From positions 1,488,001 through 1,552,000 of the forward strand of contig OZ025787.1 in NCBI GenBank assembly GCA_964019425.1: a stretch of DNA of 64,000 nt, given 5' to 3'. Below the pieces are notes generated by a model, which ran no database searches, was not told where the DNA came from, and saw only the letters and a program-made list of their open reading frames with translations. Positions 46,304 through 57,516 of this stretch are shown here, in pieces (position 1 is the stretch's first letter; every line of letters begins with the position of its first letter). Both the position numbers and the translations under genes were made by a program. This DNA is from Flectonema sp. DT1601. Its lineage: Eukaryota.

Positions 46304-47239
46304 ATGTCAATCTCACGACTTGAGGAGGAGTTTATCGCGGGGGGTGTGGAGATGAACGTTCGTGATGACGGCCGTGGTCGACTTGAAGAGCGACACTTGT
46401 CAGTGCAGACTGGGTTTATGGAGAACTGTTACGGAAGCGCGAGGGTTAAGATTGGTCAAACAGAAGCAATGTGCTGCGTGAATGCTGAAATCGCACAAAC
46501 ACATAACAAACAAGGAAGACTGGTAGTAAATGTTAATTGTACTCCAGGAAGTGTATCGACTGATAACATGAATTCATTTGGTACTAAATTAGCTCTAAAA
46601 TCATTCACTGGAATCCTTGCTCACAGAACAAGATGTATATTAAATACTGAAGAGATACCAGACATCGATCAGTACGGTGAGATCCCAGCAATTGCAAAGG
46701 GAGCAGCAGAAGAACAACAACCAAAGCAAGGAATTGATCACAAATCTTTATATATTCGTGATGATAAGTGTTGGGTACTTTACTGTGATGTTACTGTCTT
46801 AGCAAATGATGGAAACTGTTTGACGGCGACAACAATTGCAGTTAGGTCAGCTCTGCTTGCTACCCGACTACCAAAAGTAATTATCCACGATGACATCCCT
46901 GGTGATGAGGGGATCGAAATCTCTGGAAATTCAGAAGACGCTCACGAGATTCCTGGAGCTCGTGAAAATCTTCCAATTTGCGTAACGATTGCAAAGCTTG
47001 GCTCTCACTTAATTGTTGACCCAACTCACGCTGAGGAATGTTTCCCACTCGCCACCTATCACATCGGAGTGACACCAAACTTATCAATATCTTCTGTTAT
47101 CACTTCTTTATCTTCTGGTGCTGATAATCCATCAATGCACGCAAAGCCTAATGATGTTTGTAACATCTTAAATATGGCAGGTGGCATAGCGAGGACTATG
47201 TTCACAAGTATCGATGATCAGATGAATGAAGACGAATAA
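46304..47239 (+). CDS. RRP42: RNA exosome RNase PH-like subunit RRP42 (EXOSC7-like)
   Basis: EEEFIAGGVEMNVRDDGRGR, GSARVKIG, LYIRDDKCWVLYCDVTVLANDGN, ALLATRLPKV, LIVDPTHAEE. Confidence 0.85.
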   Translation: MSISRLEEEFIAGGVEMNVRDDGRGRLEERHLSVQTGFMENCYGSARVKIGQTEAMCCVNAEIAQTHNKQGRLVVNVNCTPGSVSTDNMNSFGTKLALKSFTGILAHRTRCILNTEEIPDIDQYGEIPAIAKGAAEEQQPKQGIDHKSLYIRDDKCWVLYCDVTVLANDGNCLTATTIAVRSALLATRLPKVIIHDDIPGDEGIEISGNSEDAHEIPGARENLPICVTIAKLGSHLIVDPTHAEECFPLATYHIGVTPNLSISSVITSLSSGADNPSMHAKPNDVCNILNMAGGIARTMFTSIDDQMNEDE

Positions 47240-47366
47240 AGTGACTGCATGAGGAGGTAATAAAACATCTGACGAGAAGGAGAACCAACACAAGAGTTGG
47301 ATAGCAAACAGTACTTCTAATTTGATTACCAACTCTGTTTGGTAATAATATTTCCAAACAAATAAA

Positions 47367-47420
47367 GAGCAAATAAAGAAGAGAAGGTTCTCATCGATTC
47401 TTTACAAGTTGCTCAGATCC
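47367..47420 (+). ncRNA. Candidate AGA-box hairpin RNA 1
   Basis: GAGCAA/TTGCTC basal stem, TAAAGAA/TTCTTTA upper stem, then AGA-TCC. Confidence 0.3.
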
Positions 47421-47488
47421 GACTAACCAATCAGAAAAGTATTTCTGTTTTTTTTAATAGCTAGTGGCCGAGAGAGTAACGTCACTCT

Positions 47489-47567
47489 GAGTAGTGCGGT
47501 GTTTATGTTTAACAAGTCAGGAATGAAGTCTTGATTTGTCGACAACACCAAACAGTTACTCAGATCC
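47489..47567 (+). ncRNA. Candidate AGA-box hairpin RNA 2
   Basis: GAGTAG/TTACTC, GGTGTT/AACACC and ACAAGTCAGGA/TCTTGATTTGT stems, then AGA-TCC. Confidence 0.45.
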
Positions 47568-47852
47568 TTCAGTTGGTTGATTAGTAACAATTGCGCACCT
47601 CCTACATTGGGGGTGATTACGTCTGTTTTTTTTTAATAAGTTGAAAGAAGAACAAAAAAGAAATGAAGTTTTCTGGTAAGGCAATCATCCGTTTTTTTTG
47701 AATTCGGAAAGCAAAAGAGATCACTTTTGAGAGTGCGAAATGTTTTATTATTTATTCTTAATTCTTTTATACAACACACAGAACAAGATACCATGAGGGT
47801 GTAGTCAACAAGTTACTAGTAACCGTAAAAGAAGACTTTTATTCACAGTCAC

Positions 47853-50800
47853 ATGTCATCTGATGAAGGAGACAGTTCTGTATCAGACAGCACTCTGCTA
47901 TCAATAATTCGATATGTCGGGATACCTGTAAGAGATTCGAGTGGTGCCATAACTGGAGTCGACTACAACAGAAAAGACAGCTACATTGCTCTTCATGAAC
48001 TCGGTAAACTCCTTCAAGAAGAAGAATCTCGAATTCGTTCATATGAAAAAGAAGAAAGCAGAATTGAAGAACCTCGTTCTGTATTCGTACGAGTCTCAAG
48101 TTGGAGAATTCCCACTAAAATATTAATTCCGTTATTCTTATTTCTAGACTTGTCTGAAACTACATTACTTGGTCGAATTATTTACATATTTATCGCTTTG
48201 TTGATTCCTCCTCCTAAACACACTGCGAGTATGGCTTTGAATCACAAACTTATATCAGAGACGAGAATGTTGTTTTCATCTTTTGGAATTCAAAATAAAT
48301 TACGGCAGCTACTCGTTCATATTCTAAAGAATAGAAACAGCAGACGACTAAATGGAGATGAGGTCAGAGTGCTAACAGGTTTCTTAGAGCTGGTGGTGTC
48401 TTTAATACGTCTCCCTGATGGTCGTCTTCCAACTGGTGCTCCGAGTAGGACTACTGATGAGATTGTTTCAACCATGTCTGAGGTTCGTATCCTTGAACTG
48501 CTTCCTCAGATTATTCAACAAAATGACTTTTATCTGAACGGTTCTGCAGACACTCATCCGTCATTCACACAATCGCAGAGGCTTCCTCTACCTTCTGAGA
48601 CCATTCCTGTTCCTGTTTCTAATGAACCTAATCTAGTCAATGATAGTGTTGGTTACACACAACTAAACCCTCAAGACACTCAATTAGAAATATTACCAGA
48701 GACTTTAATATCTCAAATAGAAGATGTTGATGAGGTACAGAAACTGATGTTGGCGCCAACTTTTCGACTCAACCAACAAGACCAGGATGCTCAGATTGAG
48801 GAGACACAACTGACGATGATGGACACGCAGCTGCCGAATATTCTGAGCGACAGTCTTCCTGAAACTCAGCAACCGATTGAGAAATCCACAACCGAAGAGA
48901 TCGAAACAGAAGACAGCAACTCTGAAGAAGAAGACGAAGAAGAAGAGGAGAGCAACTCCAACGACGATGAAGTCCATAGAAAGCGAAAAGGAGGGAAAGA
49001 AATTATTTCAAACGAACTCAAACGCGCAAAGCTCACTGAAGCCGCCGCAGAGCGCATCCTGGAAGGTTTGTATTATTTAGTACGGTTGTTGAATACTTAA
49101 ATCAGTCTAATAATAATAATAATAATAATAATACTACAGGAATGAACCCTGACCTCGATGATGAGGAAGCTGCACAACTTGAAAAGATTCAAAAGTCAGG
49201 TCCTGCTGAAGTTGAAGACGACATCGAATATTGGAATCAACTGGTGATTGAAATTATTAATTACCTCTACCGCAGACAGGATATGTCAATGCTTACTTCA
49301 GCATCACGAGAGACAGTAAATCAGACTTGTAGTCACACTCTCTCACAGGCACTCACTGATAGTTTAAATAGTGAAAAGAGAACTCGAGCAATGCAGCATC
49401 CAAAACTAAACGGAACTTTAGGAAAACAGGGATTCTTTACCAGAAATAATAAAATTGTGAGAGCTGAAGTACTCACCAGAGGAGGTATCGTTGATGCTCG
49501 AGAACGAGTTACAAGAAATCGATTACATCGCGAAGAAGACACATCGAAATATACAATTCGTGTGCAGGGGATTCTAGGAAGATTCTTAAGTGGTTTCTTA
49601 GACGCTGCTGGGATGGTTCTCATCCAGCACAGTATTCCAAAAGTATTAAATAAGATTCACAGACAAGATGACTTTGAGAACTCATACTCGGATGAGCAGA
49701 TTGATTTTTCAATAAAATTCTATTCATTCACTCGAATCCTACTCAGCTATTGCAGAGCAACAGCCGTGGCTACCAATTCTTTAATTGATTTGAGTGAGGT
49801 TTCTAGTCTTCTTCAAGAAGAGGTCTTCTTTAGAGCTTTCGATCTCTCCCTTTCAATGATTCAACAAGAAGTTCCTTCTACTGGTGAAGGAAGTGTACCA
49901 ACACGTGATGTTATTAATCAAAAGAAACAATCGCATCATGTGTGCATCTCTTTTTTAAAAGAATGTTTTGTTATTTTATCATCACTGCTGGAGACATACA
50001 AACCGAAGAAACCTTCTGATGTTCCCGACGCTCGTTTCACTGCAACTAAAGCTCTCGCTGCTTCTGTTCTTCATCGACGGGACAACATTCAAATGATAAT
50101 TAGATTTCTTAAAGAACATGAAGTGTTTAAATATCCTTACAGTTATAGAAATGATTTAATTCAATTATCTCACGTTGTGTTGGTGTCTTTGGGGTTCATA
50201 TCTCGAGGGGGGAAGATTTATGTTCAAAAGAAGTCGAGGAAAAAGAAGAAGAAAACAAAACGCAAATCCAACAACAAGGAACAGCCTGCAGACGATGAAT
50301 CGATGCCTAGCATTCACTCTGATGTTGATCACTCAGAGGCGAGTAGTTCTGTTTACAGTGAGTGGACTGTTGAGGAGGAAATAGGTGTCTATAATGAACA
50401 GAAGTCAAACAGACAAGCATCCAGAGCATTCCACGCGGAATGGAATCGCGCAAATAGGTACGAAATTCACTCAGTCAGAGATACGGATGTCTTTACTGAG
50501 AACTTACTTCTCAAAGAGAAACCTGGTCTGGCAATGCTTTACCAGGCAGCACCAATTAAATATAACGACTCGCCTTCACAGGAATCTGATACTTCAGAGA
50601 ACCCTTCTAATTCAATAGACTTGTTGTACTATTCTACTTTAAATGTTGGAGAGATCTGTCCTAAACATGTTCTCAAAGATATTAAGAAAGCTACTCGTGG
50701 AGAAGACAACGACGACTCTGATGCTTCCAATCCAGCTAATCGTTTTCTTGAACAAGACGCTCAGTCAACTGATGACAGTAGTGATTCGATAGCGACTGTT

Positions 50801-52188
50801 TATGAAGACAGAGAAATAGATTTAAAAGGAATCCTTTATGAGTTCGTACAGCCGAGAGTATTACAAACATACATCGATTGTCTTAAGGAATGGAAAATTA
50901 ATTCTGAAGAGACTAACGGTTGTATTTGTCATTTCCTAATGCGAGTAGCTTTCGAACTCAAACTCTCACCCTGCGTGTTGTCAGTCGAATGTCTCGCAGT
51001 TTACGAAGAGATATTACAATCAATTCAAGTGATGTCTGCTGATGAATCTCTTCGTCACTTAGTTCATAAGAAATATCAATTACTTAAAGAAACGTGTGAG
51101 AAGTTAGTAAGGAAATGGATCTTCTTATTTAAGAAACATGACTACTGGGGAGTACTATCTCTTGGTTGGGTTACGAGGTACGAGGCGGATATCATCCAAG
51201 ATGGGTCGCTGTTTTCTGAAGAAGTCCAACGAGTTCAGCAGCCTGAAGAGGGCGAACAATCTTTCCATTTTGACAACCTTTCTGGTGATGAAATGTTAGG
51301 AGAAGCCGCTCACTTCGACACGGATGTTGACCCAGAGATACGAGCTCGAGCTGCTGCCTGGCGTGCGAAACGTTGGGGACCAGAAGATGACATTCGTCTG
51401 AAACAAGTTTGGGAACAGTTCCTTGAGAATCACGGTGATGGTTTCGTAGGTGACATCAAATCAAAAGTTTTTAAAGAAAAGGTTTGTCCCCCTCCAGTAG
51501 TTATAATTATTGTAATTATCCCAAACACTAATCAAACACAAACAGACTTTTAGTGCGAAAGCAATTCTCGAAAAAGCAATATCACTCGGATTGGTGGTCC
51601 CTTCAGATGTTGCTGCCCTTCCAGCACCAAAGGTTTGTATTCTTTTCTTTTATTAATAAGATTCACTTGATGTTTACTTGCTAACAACAATACGAACAGG
51701 CGAAGTGGACAAAAGATCTCGAAGAAAGCCTGCGAGACAACTTTGGCGTATACTCTACTGGCCATCCACAAGGAGATGACTGTCTCGTTAGACTACGAGA
51801 GGACTTGTTTCCAATGTTTGCGGAAGATCAAATCTTACGAAAAGCGAAAGCACTCGGAATTGAAGAAGCAACAGCCATTCAGGAGGCGAGAAAGAAAGCA
51901 ACCGCCACTCGCGCAGCAGCAGCACGTCGGAAGAAGCGCGAAGATGATCTCGAACTCACTCGACTCCTTGAAGAGGAAGACCAGCGGGAAGGAGATGACG
52001 AAAACGAAGTAGTCCCATCTCGCAAGAGTAAGAAGTCTAAGAAGGAGAAGAAAAATAAAAAAGAAAAGAAGTCGAAGAAGGAAAAGAAGGAGAAAAAAAG
52101 CAAACGCGAGAAAGAGAAGCGGGAAGCATCCCCTTCACCCACTTTGGAAGAAGAACCAAAGAAGCGATCTCGCGTTGAAGACGAGTAG
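47853..52188 (+). CDS. TIMELESS: Timeless/Tof1 replication-fork protection protein; join(47853..49065,49140..51481,51546..51632,51700..52188), 1376 aa
   Basis: N-terminal ...SSWRIPTKILIPLF; YRNDLIQLSHVVL; FVQPRVLQTYIDCLKEWKINSEETNGCICHFLMRVA; C-terminal W-led helical repeats. Three GT-AG introns restore one frame. Confidence 0.8.
49066..49139 (+). other. cis-intron, 74 nt, containing a (TAA)n microsatellite
   Basis: GTTTGT...(TAA)n TACTACAG. Confidence 0.85.
51482..51545 (+). other. cis-intron, 64 nt
   Basis: GTTTGT...ACTAATCAAACACAAACAG. Confidence 0.8.
51633..51699 (+). other. cis-intron, 67 nt
   Basis: GTTTGT...GCTAACAACAATACGAACAG. Confidence 0.8.
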
Positions 52189-52516
52189 GAAGCTTTTTGT
52201 TGATTGCGAACATCATTTTGTAGTGGCTGTTGCTACTTATTGTTTTCATTCATTTTGTCATTTGGGCGGAAGTCGTTTTTACGAATGTAGATTATTTCAG
52301 AACCTCTTTGAGGGTTTTATTTTTGTAACTTCCTTAGCGAACTGTAGCAGTTTACCACTTCTGTTTGAGGGGTGCGACATCATTACGAATGGTTAATCTT
52401 ATTATTACTTCTCACAGATGATAATTTATGATTCCTTTGATGAAAGTTAATTAGTTTGTTGTGATCTTTCTTTGATTTGATTTCATAAACAACTTCAACA
52501 GAATGACCTCAACAAC

Positions 52517-53659
52517 ATGGCATCTTTTGATGGTAAGGTTCTAATACTGACTGCGATATTAATTTATTGCATCGGAACGATGGGCATATGGACCGGCAAG
52601 CGCAGCACCTGTTCTGGAAGAGGCAGAATAAACGGAAAGGGAAATTGCGACTGCCAGGAGCGTTTCGTAGGTACTACTTGTGGGTTATGTCAATTCGGAA
52701 GATATGGTGGAGGATGTTATTTTGGCTCTCCTGTAAAGGGAAGACTAGTAGAGAAGATCCACGCTGTTATCATCGTCGCTCCCCAAACACCAGATTATGA
52801 AAGAACGCGACTACAGGAGTTGTCATCAGAACTGCAGAACCATTTATATGTTTCATCGTGTTCTGTTATTCAGTATCCTCAGTCAAAAAATATTCAATCC
52901 CGAGAATCGAACCCAGACGAAGACATACTCGGCTCCGCTAACTATGTTATCGTAGCAGACTACTCAGATGGGATTGCTTCTCTGTTAGAACGACACAAAC
53001 AGAACCTCCCTGACGTTGTAGTAATCACTTGGATATTATCGAACGCTGTCAATTTAGAGTTGTGGAAGGAATTACGTCCCAACGCACACACTTCTCCTTC
53101 TGAAGGATTACTTAAGAACATCGGAGGTGGGAAGTTAGAACCAGTTCGTGTGATTCCCGAACCAGCACTCGAATGTAAAGCGAAAGGTTCTTCAGAGAAA
53201 GATAACATTTCTATTCAACATGATTTCGATGTTGATGTGAAAACAGTTGGAGATGAGATGTCAGGATTTGGAAGAGTTCGTTATGAAGGCAGCGGGTGGG
53301 GTGTTAACAATCAGATTCACGTTCCCGATCTTCGGACTTCATTTTCAACAACTCAACTCGTTTTCCTCCCGCAATCCTTCTCCGACGTCGTTCCAGTTAC
53401 CGCGTTTGATGCCGCCAGTTGCGGAGCTCTTTACATTCCACTTCCTGCAGAGCCACATGCTCCACTTCGTCATCTGGTGCCGACAGCTATCTTCCCTGAG
53501 AACCTCCTCGACCTTCGTATTCAAATACAATCACTTTTACAACATCCTAATCGAATTATTGCAATTACTGAAGAGTTTGCGACCTCTACGAATATCGCAA
53601 ATACTTTAAAGGAAGTTACTTCCCAGCTAGTGAATACCTACGAAGTGTTACTTCCATAG
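52517..53659 (+). CDS. Type II membrane protein with an EGF-like module and a glycosyltransferase-like C-terminal domain
   Basis: N-terminal TM; CSGRG...CDCQERFVGTTCGLCQFGRYGGGC; YEGSGW and FDAASCGALYI resemble GT-B (CgeB-like) motifs. Confidence 0.65.
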   Translation: MASFDGKVLILTAILIYCIGTMGIWTGKRSTCSGRGRINGKGNCDCQERFVGTTCGLCQFGRYGGGCYFGSPVKGRLVEKIHAVIIVAPQTPDYERTRLQELSSELQNHLYVSSCSVIQYPQSKNIQSRESNPDEDILGSANYVIVADYSDGIASLLERHKQNLPDVVVITWILSNAVNLELWKELRPNAHTSPSEGLLKNIGGGKLEPVRVIPEPALECKAKGSSEKDNISIQHDFDVDVKTVGDEMSGFGRVRYEGSGWGVNNQIHVPDLRTSFSTTQLVFLPQSFSDVVPVTAFDAASCGALYIPLPAEPHAPLRHLVPTAIFPENLLDLRIQIQSLLQHPNRIIAITEEFATSTNIANTLKEVTSQLVNTYEVLLP

Positions 53660-53954
53660 GATTGTTGTCTAAAGCAGGCAGTTCAATTACACGGAGGTGG
53701 ACAATATATCGACCGACAGCATGCTAACTAGTCGGGTGGAATGGGCGATCAGTTTACTGATCTTTCTAACATTATTTGATACTTTGAAACTATCCCTTAC
53801 GATAACGATTCAACTGTTCACAGAGGAGGGTGTCCACAGTTTCTTTGTGGTACTTGTTTTATTCCTTTTATTTATTTTTTTTTGACTGGGAAAAAAAAAA
53901 TAATTATAATTTTTTTTCATCAAAACAAGGGGACTTTTTTAATTTTCTTTTTAA

Positions 53955-54440
53955 ATGACGAAAAGAGTTCAAATAAGTGACGTGGTCGACATAAAAGACG
54001 AACAACGAGAGGAAGAGGAAGCGAGAAAGAAGCGAATAGCAGCTGATAAGGAAATGGAGAATAAGTTTTGGAAACAAACTTTTAATAAAAATAGAACATT
54101 TTTAGGAACTGAAAGAAAGACGTACAGCGTGTTGATGTTTATTTGTATCATCACATACCTCGTAGCCTGGAGTATAGAATACTTTGCTAAGGAACTAATT
54201 TCTAATATACTTGCAGACCCTACTTGTATGAACCAATCAGACTATATTGGAACTCCACGTGCTAAACTATTAGAGGCTGCCTGTACACATCGCTACCGCG
54301 ACATGTTAGTAGCCGACGAGATTATCGACCACTGCGTCGGTGCTAAAAACGCCTGTCTTTGGGTCGGAGTTATTGCGATGGTTTTCGCCTACGCGCCGTC
54401 GCGAAAGCAAAAGCAGTCACCGAAAGCACATGCTGACTAA
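53955..54440 (+). CDS. Hypothetical two-TM protein, 161 aa
   Basis: Hydrophobic segments YSVLMFICIITYLVAWSI and ACLWVGVIAMVFAYA flank a Cys-containing loop. Confidence 0.75.
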   Translation: MTKRVQISDVVDIKDEQREEEEARKKRIAADKEMENKFWKQTFNKNRTFLGTERKTYSVLMFICIITYLVAWSIEYFAKELISNILADPTCMNQSDYIGTPRAKLLEAACTHRYRDMLVADEIIDHCVGAKNACLWVGVIAMVFAYAPSRKQKQSPKAHAD

Positions 54441-54479
54441 AACATAATCCCTGTTATCCTTAATTAAATTAATCATTGT

Positions 54480-54579
54480 GTTCACTCGCCGTTACTGGGA
54501 GACTCGCTGTTGCTTTCTTTTCCTGTGCTGAGTGATATGCTTAAGTTCAGCACGTAGATCTTCATCTGCTGAGGTCGGT
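54480..54579 (-). rRNA. Isolated fragment of the 5' end of eukaryotic LSU rRNA (not a full rDNA unit)
   Basis: Minus strand ACCGACCTCAG...TACGTGCTGAACTTAAGCATATCACTCAGCACAGGAAAAGAAAGCAACAGCGAGTCTCCCAGTAACGGCGAGTGAAC matches the conserved LSU 5' motifs GACCTCAG, GCTGAACTTAAGCATATCA, AGGAAAAGAAA and AGTAACGGCGAGTGAA. Confidence 0.9.
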
Positions 54580-54891
54580 AAGAAGTAAGTCGCAGTCACA
54601 TTGGCTGCCGTCAGACGAGTCGACCACGTGGTCGCTCAAAGATCTGAGGACCCGAACCTTAAAACTTTTCCTTAACTAATATAAAGTAATCATTATATTA
54701 TCTACTTGTGTTCTGATCCCGACAATCAACTTCACCGGTCGAGTTGCTTCCTTGAAGTTGTGTTAACAGAAATAGTTACAAACGGAAGGTCCTATTTGAT
54801 ATGTTAGGAACCTGTTGTGGTATTACTCTCTTAGGTCTTCTGTGGTGGTTGTTAATATTTCATTTCTTATCATTAGTTGAACATCAACAAT

Positions 54892-57130
54892 ATGGAGATG
54901 CCAGAAACTCTGACGGGTCTTTGCAACAAAGATGCCTACTCAGTTATGCCTCCACAGCCTCTCGGTGATTATTTGACAGCGATTGTTGAAACGCTAAAAG
55001 ACTTCGACACGAAGATCACACGCGCTGAAGAGTCGCAAGCAAAGATCAATGGTCTGGAGAAGACAGTTGCTGAACTGGAAACCGAACTGCGCGCACAAGA
55101 CGCCGATCGAAGAATTAGTGCTTTAGAACATGACCTGGCAAGACCTGGTCCTTCCTTTAGACAAAGTAATCCTGTTTCTATTAAGCTTGGAGTGAATCTC
55201 TCGCGATTCATTTCTTTGGGTGGTCAGGATAACTTCAAGTCAGGAGTAGCAAATATTGTCGGACTTCAAAAGTCAGATATCCAAGTACTCTCTCGACCTC
55301 TTGAAGACTCTGGTAGCACTACAATTAACTTTCGTATCTCATTTATGGGACCTAACAGAGAGCACGCTGAGAACCTCGCCAAGTCAATTAGTGGGAAGTC
55401 TGGATCGGTTGCAGGTATTGTGTTTTATTTTATTTTTAAAAACCTACTGTCCTGCGAAGGTCATTAAAACAACCAACGCAGGGATGGAAATTGAAGAAGT
55501 CACTCGACCAGAACCAAATCTGATTGGAGTTGGAGAGCCGCGTGTTGGTCTCTATCGCCACGGAGTTGGTAAGACAGTAGCCGTTATGTTAAATACAATG
55601 TCAACAGCCCTTGGTCGTTTAGCAGATGCGGAGTTTTGGATCCTCAACGCGCGTCACTACTTCAGAAAGTTGCGAAAATATAAAAAGAAACGTTACTCAC
55701 TACCTGCTGTTGAGGCATTCTTAACAACCAGCAAACAGATTCTCGGTGTTATTTATTGGCGCAAACTTGCTCGATATCCCGCATCGAGTAAAGCTCAGCA
55801 GAAGAAAAACAGAGCTCTCAAATACCTTCTAACGGCAACAGACAACGGTGCACGAAAGGCAGCTCTCGACAAAGCACTGCGGTGGTTGGCTTCAAAGCAA
55901 GCTGCTGACAAACGATCAACAGCTCAGAGAAGATCTATTGAATATCTGATGGCTAAGAGTGACACGAGGATTAGGAAATATATTTTTGGAAAACTGTTCC
56001 GTTTTATGGAACTCCGTCGGTCGATTAAAAGAAAAGGAGGAATTGCAGACAACCTTTTGATATTAACAAATAGAGGAATGCGAAAGTTTTGTTTTGGTAC
56101 TTTGCGCGCCTTTGCTGCCAAACGAAAAGCCCGCCGAGGGCTTGTGGACTCCCTGGCAGTTCTCAACAAGGGAGCACTCAGATCGAAGTACCTCCGAAAG
56201 CTGCGACTATTCGCAAAAGGAAGACGCAATAGAAGACGTCAGCACTCTGCTGTGTCTGCTCTTGGACTCCTTTCTGATAACACCACGAGAAAGAGATACT
56301 TTGAAGAGCTTTCTAACTTCGTACGGGCCCGCCGCAAGCTCGCCGAAAATCGCAAAAAGAATCATCTGAAGGCAAAGATTGCCGACCAGCTCAGCGGGAA
56401 AACCGCAAAGAAATGCGCCAGGCGATGCTACGAGAAGCTGAAGAATTACTCAAGGCTAAAGAATAAGGTGTGCAAGTAGTCCTTCTTATTGTTTTGATCT
56501 ACTTGTGATGTCATTATAATCTAACTATAAATAAAACAGGCGAAGGATAAAAAGATGATGGAAAAGATAATGAACTACTTAGACCAAGACAGTCAGTACG
56601 ATGATATGGTAAAGCGATGCGACACTTTGGGAACTCAAGTAGACGTCGGTTTGAAGACTTTGACGAATACGAACAGCGTTCTAAATAAACTCGTCGACAG
56701 ATTGATATCTGTAGACGAACAATTAGATCATTTGGATAAAGATAAAGTCTCTCGAAAGGAGATCGGGTCTGCGAGAATGGGACCGTCACAAGCTCCTTCA
56801 CGAGCAGCATCACCAACTCCAGCACTTGATAGACGAGATGTGTCACCTCCTCGCAGACACTTAGCTGGTCCCTCACCAATAACACCGATGCACATTCCGT
56901 CATCTGCAGTAGTTCCTCCTTCTAGTACTGCAGCCTCTGCTCCTCGCGATAAGGAAGCTGAGCAGATGCTCCTCCTTCAGAAAGAAAGAGCAAAACTCAA
57001 AGAAATGGAACGCTACAGTTCGAGTCCAAACGACTTCAACCTGCCATCAGCTGAGGACACTTTGTCCAGAGCTAGACAGTGGCAGAAGGACCGACAGTTT
57101 GCGAAGTCAGACTGGTCAGGTGGCAGGTAG
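54892..57130 (+). CDS. Coiled-coil protein with basic helical repeats; join(54892..55414,55482..56467,56540..57130), 699 aa
   Basis: Three track ORFs join in one frame through two GT-AG introns. The middle exon has ~30-aa K/R-rich repeats (e.g. IYWRKLARY, YIFGKLFRF, YLRKLRLF). Confidence 0.75.
55415..55481 (+). other. cis-intron, 67 nt
   Basis: GTATTG...TAAAACAACCAACGCAG. Confidence 0.75.
56468..56539 (+). other. cis-intron, 72 nt
   Basis: GTGTGC...CTAACTATAAATAAAACAG. Confidence 0.8.
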
Positions 57131-57516
57131 GATGACATCACTCAACCTGAGCGTCCTATTCAAAAATAGAAGATGTTCAGCCTTCTTCTTTATTTCTACT
57201 TTTCTGACGTAACGGATCTGGTACCTTAATATTAGTTTAGACCACTAGAGAGATGATCTACACCTGAGAGTAATATGAATCTAATCATCGTCTTCTTCAT
57301 AATTTGTTTCGATTATTTCATTTAGAGTGAAGTCGGGTTTTCAACATTTTGTATGCTGTGACTGACCCGATTCCCCTCTTTAAAATAACCTTCCCATCCC
57401 GTGTCCTGCCCTGCCACTGTATTTATTGTATTCGTGTAGAACATTAGATGAATTAGAAATGATGAGGTGGTTTCTGATTGTAAATATTATTTCACATCTT
57501 TCACAGTCACAATGAG

